NCBI GenBank assembly: GCA_002633005.1
Contig: NMRA01000581.1
Location: 1 to 33,281 of the forward strand
Direction of reading: 5' to 3'
DNA: 33,281 bases
DNA from: Phoronis australis
Lineage: Eukaryota; Animalia; Phoronida
This document shows, piece after piece, positions 11,735-22,990 of the stretch (position 1 is its first letter; every line of letters starts with the position of its first letter). The notes under the pieces were generated by a model. It saw nothing but the letters and a program-made list of their open reading frames with translations. It was not told where the DNA came from and ran no database searches. Made by a program: the position numbers and the translations under genes.

Positions 11735-13399
11735 CAGGTTACATCTCAAACCACGTCAGTTCGAGATTAGAACACATGGCTGGATTGGACAGCATCAGAA
11801 GATCGTTCGCAGAACGATCCAGCTGTAAGAGCTCAAGAGTCGGCGAAGGAAGAATCCTGTTGACGGTTAGTCGATTGCAAATATAATACGGCGAGCCTTA
11901 TTGGACAAATTAAGGTGTCTGAAGATATTGAAGAATGGCATCTGTTATTATCGAGGAGTATTTGAGCAACATTCCTTAGTCACAACAGCTCACACCGCTT
12001 GGAATTTGGTTTAAGGTTTCAGCCGAAAAAAACATTGCTGTTGTCCAGATCATCATAGACGAAGGGGTGCAGGCATCCAAGTGGAGCAGACCGGTGAGTC
12101 TGAAGTTCTCAAGTGAAGTGGAGTTTTTTAGAATTGTGATCTTACTCATAGGCGCAGGTGAGGAATCTGACAGCTCAAGCATTGCTAGTAATTATGACTA
12201 TGTTTCTGGCATAATCAATGGTGAGGGTTTCAAAGTGAACCATGTTCCCCTGTTCATTGCAAAATATGTTTTCCACCAGTTGAAATCATTTCCATTCTGT
12301 GTTTACCTTCCCCACCCCCTTTATTGCAAAGCACAGTCAGTATGTAGAACAAGATCTGCAACTCACTCGCCTGCATAAAATTGCTTTGGGTATCAGTGGA
12401 CAAAGATCATCTGCTGCTACCGAGCCTTGAACCTGGGTGCCCCGGGGTGTTGAGCTTAGAGCAAATGACCGTAGGCAAGTAAATTAGAGGCCTTTATGCA
12501 GACCTGACCACACAAGAACCGCGAAGACTTCACAAAGGTCAGACGGTATAAAATGACACATTTTGGATGACTGTTGTTTTGTGAACGTTGGTGAGACGAG
12601 ACCACTACCATAAAAGTGGGGGTAAAACGGCCCTGCTCTCATTCTACAGTGTATACCCCGTTGCAACACATGTGTTAAGCTTTTATCCTGTTTCTTCACT
12701 TGCAAATGTAGTAGTCACTATCTTATATCCTGATTATTAACACTGACAAATCAACTTGCGATTCTTGCATTTTTGGGTAACACTGCTACTGAGATCTTGG
12801 CAAAAGGACAAATATTAGGGATGAATTTGCAATAAGCAACAGATTCAGAACTGACCACGACAGGATTTTTCGTCATACCATCAATAGTAGAATGTCTGTT
12901 ATTGATTTCTGCGTGGTTCTTTGGAATTGTAGGGAGAACAATTGATAGGAAATTTAGTCTGCAGTGATGTAGAACGTTGGTCTACCAGCAACGGGAAGAA
13001 CACGGTGGTGGAAGGACATCGCCTCAATCTTCAGGGGAATTGGTAAGTTATAAGGGAAATAATGCCCCACATGCTGTACTGAATGATAGACCACTGGTAA
13101 GAAGAGCTTCTTTTCCCAAGTAACTCATTACATGCTTGCTTTCTACGAAATGTGATGCATGCAAATTCAGCCAAAGGGTGCTGTGATTACAGATTGATTC
13201 GTTTGCAACGAAAATATTGGGTTCATAATGCAGCTCCAATATATTTTGTGTAATGGTTTATTTTTGTTTTTAAAATTTAACATGTTACTAAAATATTTTG
13301 ACTATCAAAAGATACTGAAGCATCTCCTGCAGCTGAGATTGATTCGTGAACCTCAATGACCATGAATGTTCAAAGCTGGCGCCGTTACATACATGTAGT

Positions 13400-13615
13400 A
13401 TATGTAGATAAAGTATTAGTTGTCTGTCTGCGACCTGTTTGCGTTTGCGGACCAGGCTTTGGAGCCCATCCTGGACCCTTCGTCAGGGCACTGGCGTGAA
13501 TCGTCGTGTCACAAGGTCATCAGTAGGTGGTCCTTGGTGGTTGTCCAACCCCGCCTGGTGGCTGTTACTTGTGAGGAGGTCAACCACCAAATGTTGCCTA
13601 GAATGTGGAATTCCT
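13400..13615 (-). mobile_element. Penelope-like element 3'/pLTR fragment (boundaries approximate)
   Basis: A more GC-rich segment whose - strand reads GCCCTGACGAAGGGTCCAGGATGGGCTCCAAAGCCTGGTC, the usual layout of a PLE pLTR hammerhead. Confidence 0.5.
13445..13490 (-). ncRNA. Degenerate minimal hammerhead ribozyme
   Basis: CUGACGA core; stem II GGGUCC/GGGCUC; CAAA where GAAA is required; near-palindromic AAGCCU; then a GUC triplet. Confidence 0.5.
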
Positions 13616-16600
13616 ATTTTTTGAAAATTATTAATCTTACTTTGTACATCAAAAGTAATCAAAAAATTATGTTTCCCCATCATGGCTCTAGCGTGACTTT
13701 AGCTACTCTGAATGACAACGAATTCTACTTGCGCTCAGTCGGCATGAAGGGGGATTCCATGGTATTTTATACCTTTGATTTGTACCAATGCCATGATCTG
13801 TACTTCAATACTTAGTCGTAGGCTTGTAGCCCTAATTTCCTTTTTAGATAAAAGCATTTCATTGTTTTTGAATTACAAAAAAATCCGTCTTTTTAGGAGT
13901 AGTGCGGTGCTGGAAAGCTTACGTGACTGGGAAAGTGCCTGTTGTCAAACTACCTGTCAGTGGTAACATCCCAGTCATCAAACTGACAACATACGAAGAA
14001 CCGTGGGTGACATGGTCTCCAAGAAATTTGGTGCAAGCTGGCTTAAGGTCTCAACTGTATGGAAGGATCCTGAATGTCATTTGTCGTTTGGCTCCAAGAC
14101 AGAACTGGTTGCCCACACCGAAGAATTGTGTCGTGAGATGTAATCTGGTGATCAAACAGTGTATGACGGCGTCAGACAAAATTAGGATTATGAAACCATT
14201 TCTGGAATTACAACAAAAGATAAGCAATTTCTGACTCAATGTATAACTTGAGCACATGATTAAATATCCTATCCCTAGTATTCTGTTGGATGAATGCATT
14301 CGTTTGGGTGTAAGCTCAGGGCCTTGTGTATCTCCGAAAAATGAGATTGGGCCTCTACACGAATGAACCTCTATTGAACATTTGTGCGAAAACCCTTAAG
14401 CTTCTACAAATATTCAGGTACACACACACATTTCATTTATGCTTCATGTGTCATACTGGCAGGTATTCCATGACAGGTGGTTGAAATGTCTCCATTGTCG
14501 TGCCTTCAAATTCCAGCTACGGTTCAATAAAAGCCAATCCTCGACAAGCAGAAACCCAAGAAATCACCAGTTTCACACTCTGACATATACGTGAGCTAAA
14601 AGTGCTCGACACACTGGGACAAAACTTCTGTCATGGTTATTCATGTTATAAAAAATCCAGATAAGAAATTTTTCGGGACTGGAGTTTGGTGTCCATGTAA
14701 GGAGCTTTACGGTGTAGGGCTGGCGATTATGGGCGCGAGTCTGGGGATTTGTACCACGGGGTTGGAGCTTAGAGAATTGAACTTGTAATTCAGAGAATCG
14801 GTAAGGAATTGTTGCATCCCATGATGGGAATTTCCCGAGGCAGCTCTGATTTCAACTTTGTGGTAAGAGTGTTGGGTTATACCCATGCAAAAGGGTGTAT
14901 GTATGAGAATAAACAAAAGTTGTGGACATGATGTTCCTAAGTTAAATTGGTGGGTTGGCTGTTATCTGGAACCCTTGTCATTGCTTTCGATTGTAGTATT
15001 GACCCACTTTTTGTTTTGGCAAAATGTGTTTGACGGAAATGAAAGTATAAAAATACACTGGGTGTAATTTGCAACACTTACAAAGGATTCCAACCCAAAA
15101 TATGAAGCAAAACAATGTTTTTCAAAATTGGCACTGAATGGGGTTTTAACAGAATGGAAATCAGGTAACATCTTTTCATAAACAGAAATGGTGACAGCAT
15201 AGTACACAAGCAAGTCCGACATATGATGGAATTGTCACCCATGCAATTTCTGGGTCAATACTGTGATGGGTAGAAATTTTCAATGAACCTTCAAAACCTT
15301 CATTACAGAGTCTAGCATTAAATAATCCAAAGAATTTTTTCAAGACTCACACTTTGGAAATAAGACAGCAGTTTGTGGATGATGAGGACGCGAGGACGAT
15401 GTAGCTAATGGAGAAGCATAGGGACAAGAAGTTCAGGAAGGAAAGAATTGGGTTTGCTTCATACCGTTAAGTTTTTAGATAAAACCAAATGGACTATCAA
15501 AACAAATTTGTCATAATATATAAAATATTGAGTATGGTAAATTCAGTCAATGAAAGTAAGAGCTGTTGTCACCGAGTATTTACAGACGTGTACATGTTGC
15601 GTGCGGAATAGTGTACATTATTGACTGTATTACATCTACATCGAACACGTTGTTATGGAACTGTAGTATGTCTGTTCAGGGCTTTTCATATACGGCGCTG
15701 CTTTCGTTTCCAAACGTCTTTTACTCTTTTAGGGCATTAGTTGGATCGTAAACTTCTAGTAACATCACACATAACAGGAACGTGTAACCTGATCGAACAG
15801 CACGGGTCTTGACAATCTTTTGCGCAAAAGATTTGCTTCCCATCTTGTTTCACTACAACTGACTGACCTTCATGCTACAACATTTGGAACAAAATGTTTT
15901 GTTGGTTGAATGTCTTCATCAAAGTAAAAACCATATATTAGATTATGTCGCACTATTACCTGGACTAGAAAAGTTATGCCAGTTGCAACCTGGTAAAGTT
16001 CTGCTTGGCATCTAGGTTGTATGATCAACCAATCATTATCTAGTCTTGCTAAGTCAAGTATCATGTAAGGTCTAATAGTTAGTTATTTAAAAACATTTTT
16101 GTTTCAGTCTGCATGACTATGCTACATTGGCTGTTGAGGTTCTCTCTACTAGACTCTAGCTAACCTATTCCAAAAGTATCTATGTGAGTTTTACAAGCTG
16201 TTTACTGCCTAAGTCATCAGAGTATTATTATATAGTTTATGCTTGCGACTGCTGTTGACGTTTACCGTCTTTTACACGGTCTATCTAATTTCTAATTAAA
16301 AAGACCACTGTGTGTGTTTTACGGGACTGTTTTGTTGTCTATATTTTAGAAATATCGTTTTAGGATCTATGTGTAAGTTAGTTGAGAGCAACTTGACAAC
16401 AAGATTTTTAATAGAAAAGCAGACACTGAATGTTGCTAGATGTGTGACGTATGCTTAACCTGAAACCTAAAAAACTAATTCATTTGCTTAAACGGCTTGT
16501 TTTTGCAATGTCTGAGGAGTGCGTGAACAGTCGGTAGCAAGAAAGAAGGAACTGTGTCGTTTTTAACACAGGCTCGTTTTATGATGGATACAGTGATTTT

Positions 16601-17984
16601 CAAAATAAAGCGGGAAGATTTCGACAGAACTTCGCCCACTTGCTAGAGTTATTGATGGTCAGATTTCTGTGTGACGTTATTGCGCCTAGCTGCTGGTTTA
16701 TTTTTTAATATACTTTAATGCAGTGTCTGTTGCCACGATTTGGACAGAGTGGATGGTGCAACACCTGTGACGGTTTTGTCGAGACTCAGACTTACGTGTA
16801 AAACAGATTCTTTTCAAAAAGAAATAGATATTTAGTCGCAGTTTTTACGTCGACTCTTTGTTGAATTTTGAAGTTATCCAGTTTATTTTGAAAATTACTG
16901 TTCTTAAACACAGCCAATCCTCATACGATGTTTCACATACAGTACATTTGCAATAACCATTTAAACCTGACCAAACCAACGTGTATACCTCTTAACATAC
17001 TGAATTGAGCAAATGCAGTGAATCAGGCTCACTGTGAGATGGTTCGACTACTACAGCATGATACCTTTGTGTATGTAGAGTAACATTCTTTGTCTTTTAT
17101 CTTATTGATATTGCAGTTTTAACTGCAATGTAAATTCCCTCTTAAAAGTCACTTGTGTAACTGTGCTGCTATAAAACTATTAATCTATACTGTATATGTC
17201 TGCTGTCTAGGCATGTTAGGCTATTTTACTCAGTTTTTGGAAAATGACACGCACAAATATGCCAGATTCCAGTCTTTACAAAATTGCCGAAGCCATCATG
17301 ATAAGTTACGTGATCAGCTTTATCAATGGTGTTAGCCTACTGCAGTCCTGTGATTAATTTCTCTTTCAAGCTGGGACACACAAGGTCAAATATATTTTGG
17401 ATCTAATTCAAGGATACTTATTTGATTCAGTTACACTGTATAGAATCACATTGCAGCCTCAAGATGAGATTTTAATTCCAAGAATAATCCCACAAGTCTA
17501 AAGACAATGACCATTTGTATTGTTTTCAACGGCTTTTTTATGGAGCTGTAAGTATTGTTGTACTTAGTTTTAACAATCATTGCCGCTATGCCAAAAATGA
17601 ACTATTTAAGTTGGGTAAACTGAATTTGTCCGTGGTCTTTAATAAATTACTTTATTTGATTTTCCATAAGCATCTAGCAAAATTAATATTCCGCACCTCA
17701 TTTATAAGACACAAGTTCACACATGTAACAAATATAATGCGTTTCCCCACGAAAGTTAAAGGTGTTTTGTTTTACTATTTCCCCGAGCATATATATGCTC
17801 ATGCACCCAAGAGACACCAACATGTTACTCTTAAAATGCAGAAATTTAATTAAGGAGTGGGGAAAACATAGGGCCAGGAGAATATGGGGACCACGGAACA
17901 GCGAGCCTATCCCGACCAAACCTACGTAATCCACCGACTTAGAAAAATGTATCCAAGAGAAGATTAACATATACAATGGAAGAA

Positions 17985-18072
17985 AATATACATATACTTA
18001 CGTACATACATACGTAAGTACGTACATGCACACGCACACGCACCCACCCACCCACCCACACATACTGTACAC
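17985..18072. repeat. Compound microsatellite (TACA/TACG/CACG/CACC)
   Basis: Directly visible short tandem motifs. Confidence 0.8.
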
Positions 18073-18074
18073 NT

Positions 18075-18387
18075 GTATTTGGGTAACAGACCTTCTTTTA
18101 TACATGTTTCATTGAAAAGTAAGCTGTTATTGGCTTTAATTAGTTTGTACAACAAACTTTCGTAGTGTATACACAAGTGTCTTTCATCGGATGGTAGTTG
18201 ATATAGTAGATCGCCCAGTGTAAACGGCATCACGCACACACACACACACGCGCGCGCGAGCGCGTGTGTGTGTGTGACTGATGTATAGTCGAAGTACCGC
18301 TACTGTTTTATTATGAAATGTTTTCTACAGAGTTTTATTATATACGTGTATTTACTCATATATATGTATTCGTGATGCCATTTACAC
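18075..18387. mobile_element. Penelope-like (Naiad-like) fragments in inverted arrangement around a microsatellite
   Basis: The - strand 18230-18075 encodes MPFTLGDLLYQLPSDERHLCIHYESLLYKLIKANNSLLFNETCIKEGLLPKY, with the PLE N-terminal F...C...L.PK motif. 18371-18387 is a 16/17 inverted copy of 18218-18234, covering the same ATG. Confidence 0.65.
18231..18276. repeat. (CA)n-(CG)n-(TG)n self-complementary microsatellite
   Basis: An alternating purine-pyrimidine tract that is close to a palindrome. Confidence 0.9.
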
Positions 18388-19058
18388 CTTATCTGCAAAT
18401 TTCGCATAGGCAATTAAGGTATTAAGTTAATCACATTTTTGTAAGGGTCTTTGTAACCTGTTTTTCTGTTGAAAAAATGTAACTTTGTTTTATTTTATTT
18501 GATGTTATCAGTTTTCCTGCCTTCCATGGAGACCCTCTATAAAACATACAAATATAGTAAGACACTCAAACAGACTTACAAAAATGAAAGTTAAACTTAA
18601 ATAATCATTGAATAATGTAACTACAACAAAGGGCACCAAACGTCCAATTAATGTATAATGCTTTGGATGTCTTACAAAATTCTTTACTGTTACTGGGGGA
18701 GATCCTTATTGTCAATTTTTTGTCTTTATCTGGTAACAGTCATACGAATCATTGAAACTATCGCCCTGCTGGTTTAATTATTCATTTATTCAATGTTTAC
18801 CTTTCTGGCTTAGTTTATTTTTATGTTACCAGTATACCCTAAATTAATTGACATTACAAGTTAATTGGTTGCATAATTAGTCAGCCAATTAGTACATGAA
18901 GTGTTTTACTAACACACACTTACAAACTTTTTCGCATTTTGATAACATTGTTGCTCTTAAAATAAAAAATACTTTTGTTTAACTTAACTGTTATCCAAAC
19001 TTTTCAAAAGTTTGGGATGTGAAAACCAACACACTGACCTTGGCAAATGATTTTACAG

Positions 19059-19190
19059 ACGAAAAGCTCTCCCCTGCGCATTGTTATCTTGGCGGAATGT
19101 GGTGTAGCGAACTCAACTCGTATTGTTTGAGAGGCTTGTCGATATGTAGCTGCTTAGATACCCAATTTATGTTCAGAAGTGCTTGCATAG
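19059..19190 (+). CDS. Host gene exon, EGF-like module (DEKLSPAHCYLGGMWCSELNSYCLRGLSICSCLDTQFMFRSACI)
   Basis: TTTTACAG acceptor with an upstream CTGAC branch-like motif, G|GTAAGT donor, 132 bp, phase 1-1, six Cys. Confidence 0.85.
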
Positions 19191-19743
19191 GTAAGTTTTC
19201 AAATAATTCTTTGTTTTTACTGCTATAACTAACTTGCACGTTGTTCATCTTAACTTATGTGCCGAGAAATCCGCGGATTATCTAAAAGGACGTAAAAGGA
19301 TTCGGGAGAATGTGCATACCAGCAAAAGGCGACGTGGCCTGTCAATACATTGTTTCAATGAAAACGTTAAGTCAAGTAACTGTTTCTAAACTTGCTCTGC
19401 TATTTAAGTTACATTTCCTAATATCACAGTGTAAGCGTTTTGGGTACTGAATTCATCATGAGTAAATGTCTTAAAGTTCATCTGTAATACACTGCTGCGA
19501 GTTTAGTGTGGAAGTATTTCAGAAACTAATCCTCGTGGTGGCGCTGCGACCAAATCAGTCAGGTCTGCATTACAGTCTAGCTGAAGGACGGAGATAACCC
19601 TCCGGATGGTCATCCATCTAATTTTTCAATTGAAAGATAAACTACGTTATTGTTGCACGTCCGATCAACCGTTTGATGAATGCCATTGTTACCAACTTTC
19701 GAATTCTTTTCTTCAAACAACTCGCATCGTATTTGCGCATTAA

Positions 19744-20507
19744 AGAGGCATATAATTCGAAATATCATCAAAAATAAATTTATTTTAAGCAATTCCTGAC
19801 GAAAGCATGAGTGCACCCAGCCTGAAATACCGGAGGCTCGAATTTTCCAGTATATGGACCTTTTACTGAAAAAAATGGAGACTAAAGAAAAAAACAGGGT
19901 ACTACGCTCAGACCTATGAATTGTGCATTCGCCCCGAATTCCTGTGGACCTTTTGTCACTTTTTGTTTACCTGAGGCGGATCTTTTTGCCCACTTCGCTC
20001 TCCGAGCCCCCTGGGTGCGAGCATGGAAGGTGACATCTCGCAAAGTCTAGTAGAAAGTAATTCACTTTTCCCTGAGAGGAAATTTCCTGAAAAAATCACA
20101 AAACTCAAGATTTTTGAAATACCCGCGAAGGAAAAACGCCATAGTTACCACATAGTTTCCCATTAAAATAATAAATACGCGCATGCTCTCACAGCCAAGT
20201 ACTTGAAACCACTTGAGGTCAAAGATCACAAGCGCCACAGAAAGGAAATGTGCAACGTTTCCGTCTTGCCATAACGAATAAGGAGACGTGGTTGGCCTTG
20301 TCGAGAAAAATAGACCAAGTGGCGTGCGGTTTACAGATCGTTTTTTTGGAAATTTGAAACTAAAACAAATGCTTTACCATCAACGGAAACTAAAAATCGT
20401 TACAATAAACTCCAAAAATAAGTGGTGAGCAAGTTGAGTTCTGTTTCAGTGACAGGAAAACACTTTCAATGTTTCAATTTAGTCCGCTTATCGCGTTCCA
20501 GACCTCT
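19744..20507. mobile_element. Putative non-autonomous Kolobok-type element
   Basis: TTAA|AGAGGCATATAATTCG at the left and CGCGTTCCAGACCTCT|TTAA at the right: an imperfect 16-bp TIR (10/16) with TTAA on both sides. No ORF. Confidence 0.45.
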
Positions 20508-21377
20508 TTAATGTTGGTTGTGCAAGAACTCCTAGTCCGTGTTGATGTTTGTCAAGCCTGCCGAAAAATAACATTCACAAAAAACCTGTTTAACAAATGA
20601 AATGGGGCTATTCGGAAAATCTACAATAACTAGAGGGCGTGCGTGTACTAGTGGTGATAGATTAACAGCCTCGATTTCGCGAGCCCTTTAAATACATGGT
20701 GAAATGGCTTGCAGCCGTGCCAACTGAATCTGAGATTGCGTAAAAAAGGTGCTTCTAAGAGAGGAAGTAAGCACGACCTCATATAAAGGTAAGGTTTGTG
20801 ATTATTTTAACGATTATTCCATGATTATTCCACCGATGCCTGTTAACTGAGGCACTCGCCGATTTCGACTTCGCGGCAGTCAGTCGCCAGCCAGAGTCTC
20901 GTGATACGATACTTGACGTAGCAATCGGGATCTTTTCGTACATCAAAGCATTATTATTGTTTGGAATGATTTCTAAAAGTTTATCAGTGACAGTTCCATC
21001 AATCAATGCTGAATGTTTATGTGTCAACTCGATACAGGTTAATGAATATTACAATCCAATCCCAATGGCAAAGGGTACGTGATTGATAAATATCCATTGC
21101 ATTAGACTATTTGTTTACTCCCTATCATTTTGTCTTCTGGAAATCTGTTCACGTTGAAATGGAAATCTGTCACGTCAGTTTTCGTGTACCGTGCAGAGGA
21201 GATATGCATCGCTTCTGCACCGTCCCTGAATGGACAAAAATTGGTTTTTAGCAACAAGATCTTCCCATCCAGTGCAGATCTGTTGTCAAAGCCTACTTTC
21301 AATATTGGAGACAACGAACAAAGCCTTTGAAAAATAACAGCTATTTTTAAAGTCATTTTGTTAAATTAGTTATTCAG

Positions 21378-22360
21378 GTCCCGAGGGGGGATTGGCATGG
21401 GGGTTGTAATATTTGGTACAACTGAATGTGTGGAAATAAGAGGTAATACATGTTTGGGGAAAAGAGCATGGTGAGGTAATTCTTAACCTTCACAAAGTCC
21501 CTTCAAGTTGATTTCATGAAACTGTTTTGCTACTTGTATCATTTGTAATACTACGAAAATATATTACATTTTCCGAATTCACAGTGACTGAATAGTCTTA
21601 ACTCATGCCTTGAAATGTTGCAAGTCGTTATAAATTCAAATGACTGCCATTTTTGTGAAAATTGCATTTTTGATGGTGCCTTACGATTTGTAATTACTCT
21701 TAAACAACAGAAAGATTATCCATCATTTTTAAATGACCCAAGTCTTCATATCTTCTATTAGAAGAAAAACGGTTCCCTCAACCTTAGGCTAGAAGTATGC
21801 TTGACAGACCCATGAACCTGTAATCTGAGTTTAAAATTGCTGAAAGTATCAAAATTAAAAAGGCTTGAAAATGNNNNNNNNNNNNNNNNNNNNNNNNNNN
21901 NNNNNNNNNNNNNNNNNNNNNNNNNNNNNNNNNNNNNNNNNNNNNNNNNNNNNNNNNNNNNNNNNNNNNNNNNNNNNNNNNNNNNNNNNNNNNNNNNNNN
22001 NNNNNNNNNNNNNNNNNNNNNNNNNNNNNNNNNNNNNNNNNNNNNNNNNNNNNNNNNNNNNNNNNNNNNNNNNNNNNNNNNNNNNNNNNNNNNNNNNNNN
22101 NNNNNNNNNNNNNNNNNNNNNNNNNNNNNNNNNNNNNNNNNNNNNNNNNNNNNNNNNNNNNNNNNNNNNNNNNNNNNNNAAACTGTGCGACCATGCATGT
22201 ACCACAAAAATGTAACAACAGTACTTGTTTTTGAACATGTAGTATAGACAGAGCTTTTTATTGCACACACTGATGAAATTTAGTAGTCCTATGCCTGCAT
22301 CACTGTAAACAACTGATTAACAGTCTTGTGTCCCTAAGGCAAATCAGTGATATACCTGCC
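21378..22360 (+). pseudogene. Highly decayed KolX-like gene (partly in gap)
   Basis: Remnants occur in the expected order: DWHGGCNI/TTECVEI (~21390-21440), EVCLTDP*T (21792-21817), MPASL*...VPKANQ*YT (22291-22356). It is convergent with the transposase relic. Confidence 0.35.
21874..22179. other. Assembly gap
   Basis: Run of N. Confidence 1.
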
Positions 22361-22990
22361 CTGTCGCCATTGTTGGAGTCTAGGCTAGCCTAGAGCTATT
22401 CAGTCCACTTACTAGTAGCATCTTGTGTTAGCTGTAAGTTTAGTTTGAGATTATCTAGTGGCCTGTACTTGTTGCAAGCGGAAAATACAATATCTCATTG
22501 ACTATCACTTTTCAATAACCGATATTGTTCTTATGCGTCTTCTTTTTAGTTCATTACAGGAAGTATTTTTTCTATAGATATATTGATGAATGCTGTAGTT
22601 ATAGCATTATAAATTCCAATTTTAACTGACAACCTGCATGCCGGAATTTCTTTTCACTTCAGCTGTCAGTGAATTTTGTAATTCTGGAAATCATAGCATG
22701 TCGTTATGTTTTATGAGTACCACTATGTTGACATTTGTTGTCTGGATATGATAATCATTTGAAGTCCAAAGGAATCCAATCAAACTGGCAAAAATAAATC
22801 AAGTACCCACAGTGTTTTTTCTTGTTGTACTTATGGTTGTTTTACATATTACACTCCGTGGGTCAAATGAATTATCTCAGCTAAAATCATTGGATCACTC
22901 ACCGGCAGTTACACCTGTGTAGTGGCTGGGCTCTGCAAAGTTCTGCAAAAAATGTATAATTCGAGAGTGTTACAACCTTCCTGTCATTTT

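Noticed and set aside
16489-16965. Possible TTAA-bounded element
   Set aside because: The inverted match beyond TTAAA is too weak.
21102-21356. FHFNVNRFPEDK resembling a THAP HRFP motif
   Set aside because: It lacks the N-terminal Cys pair and conserved Trp, and is partly explained by a local ACAGATTTCCA duplication.
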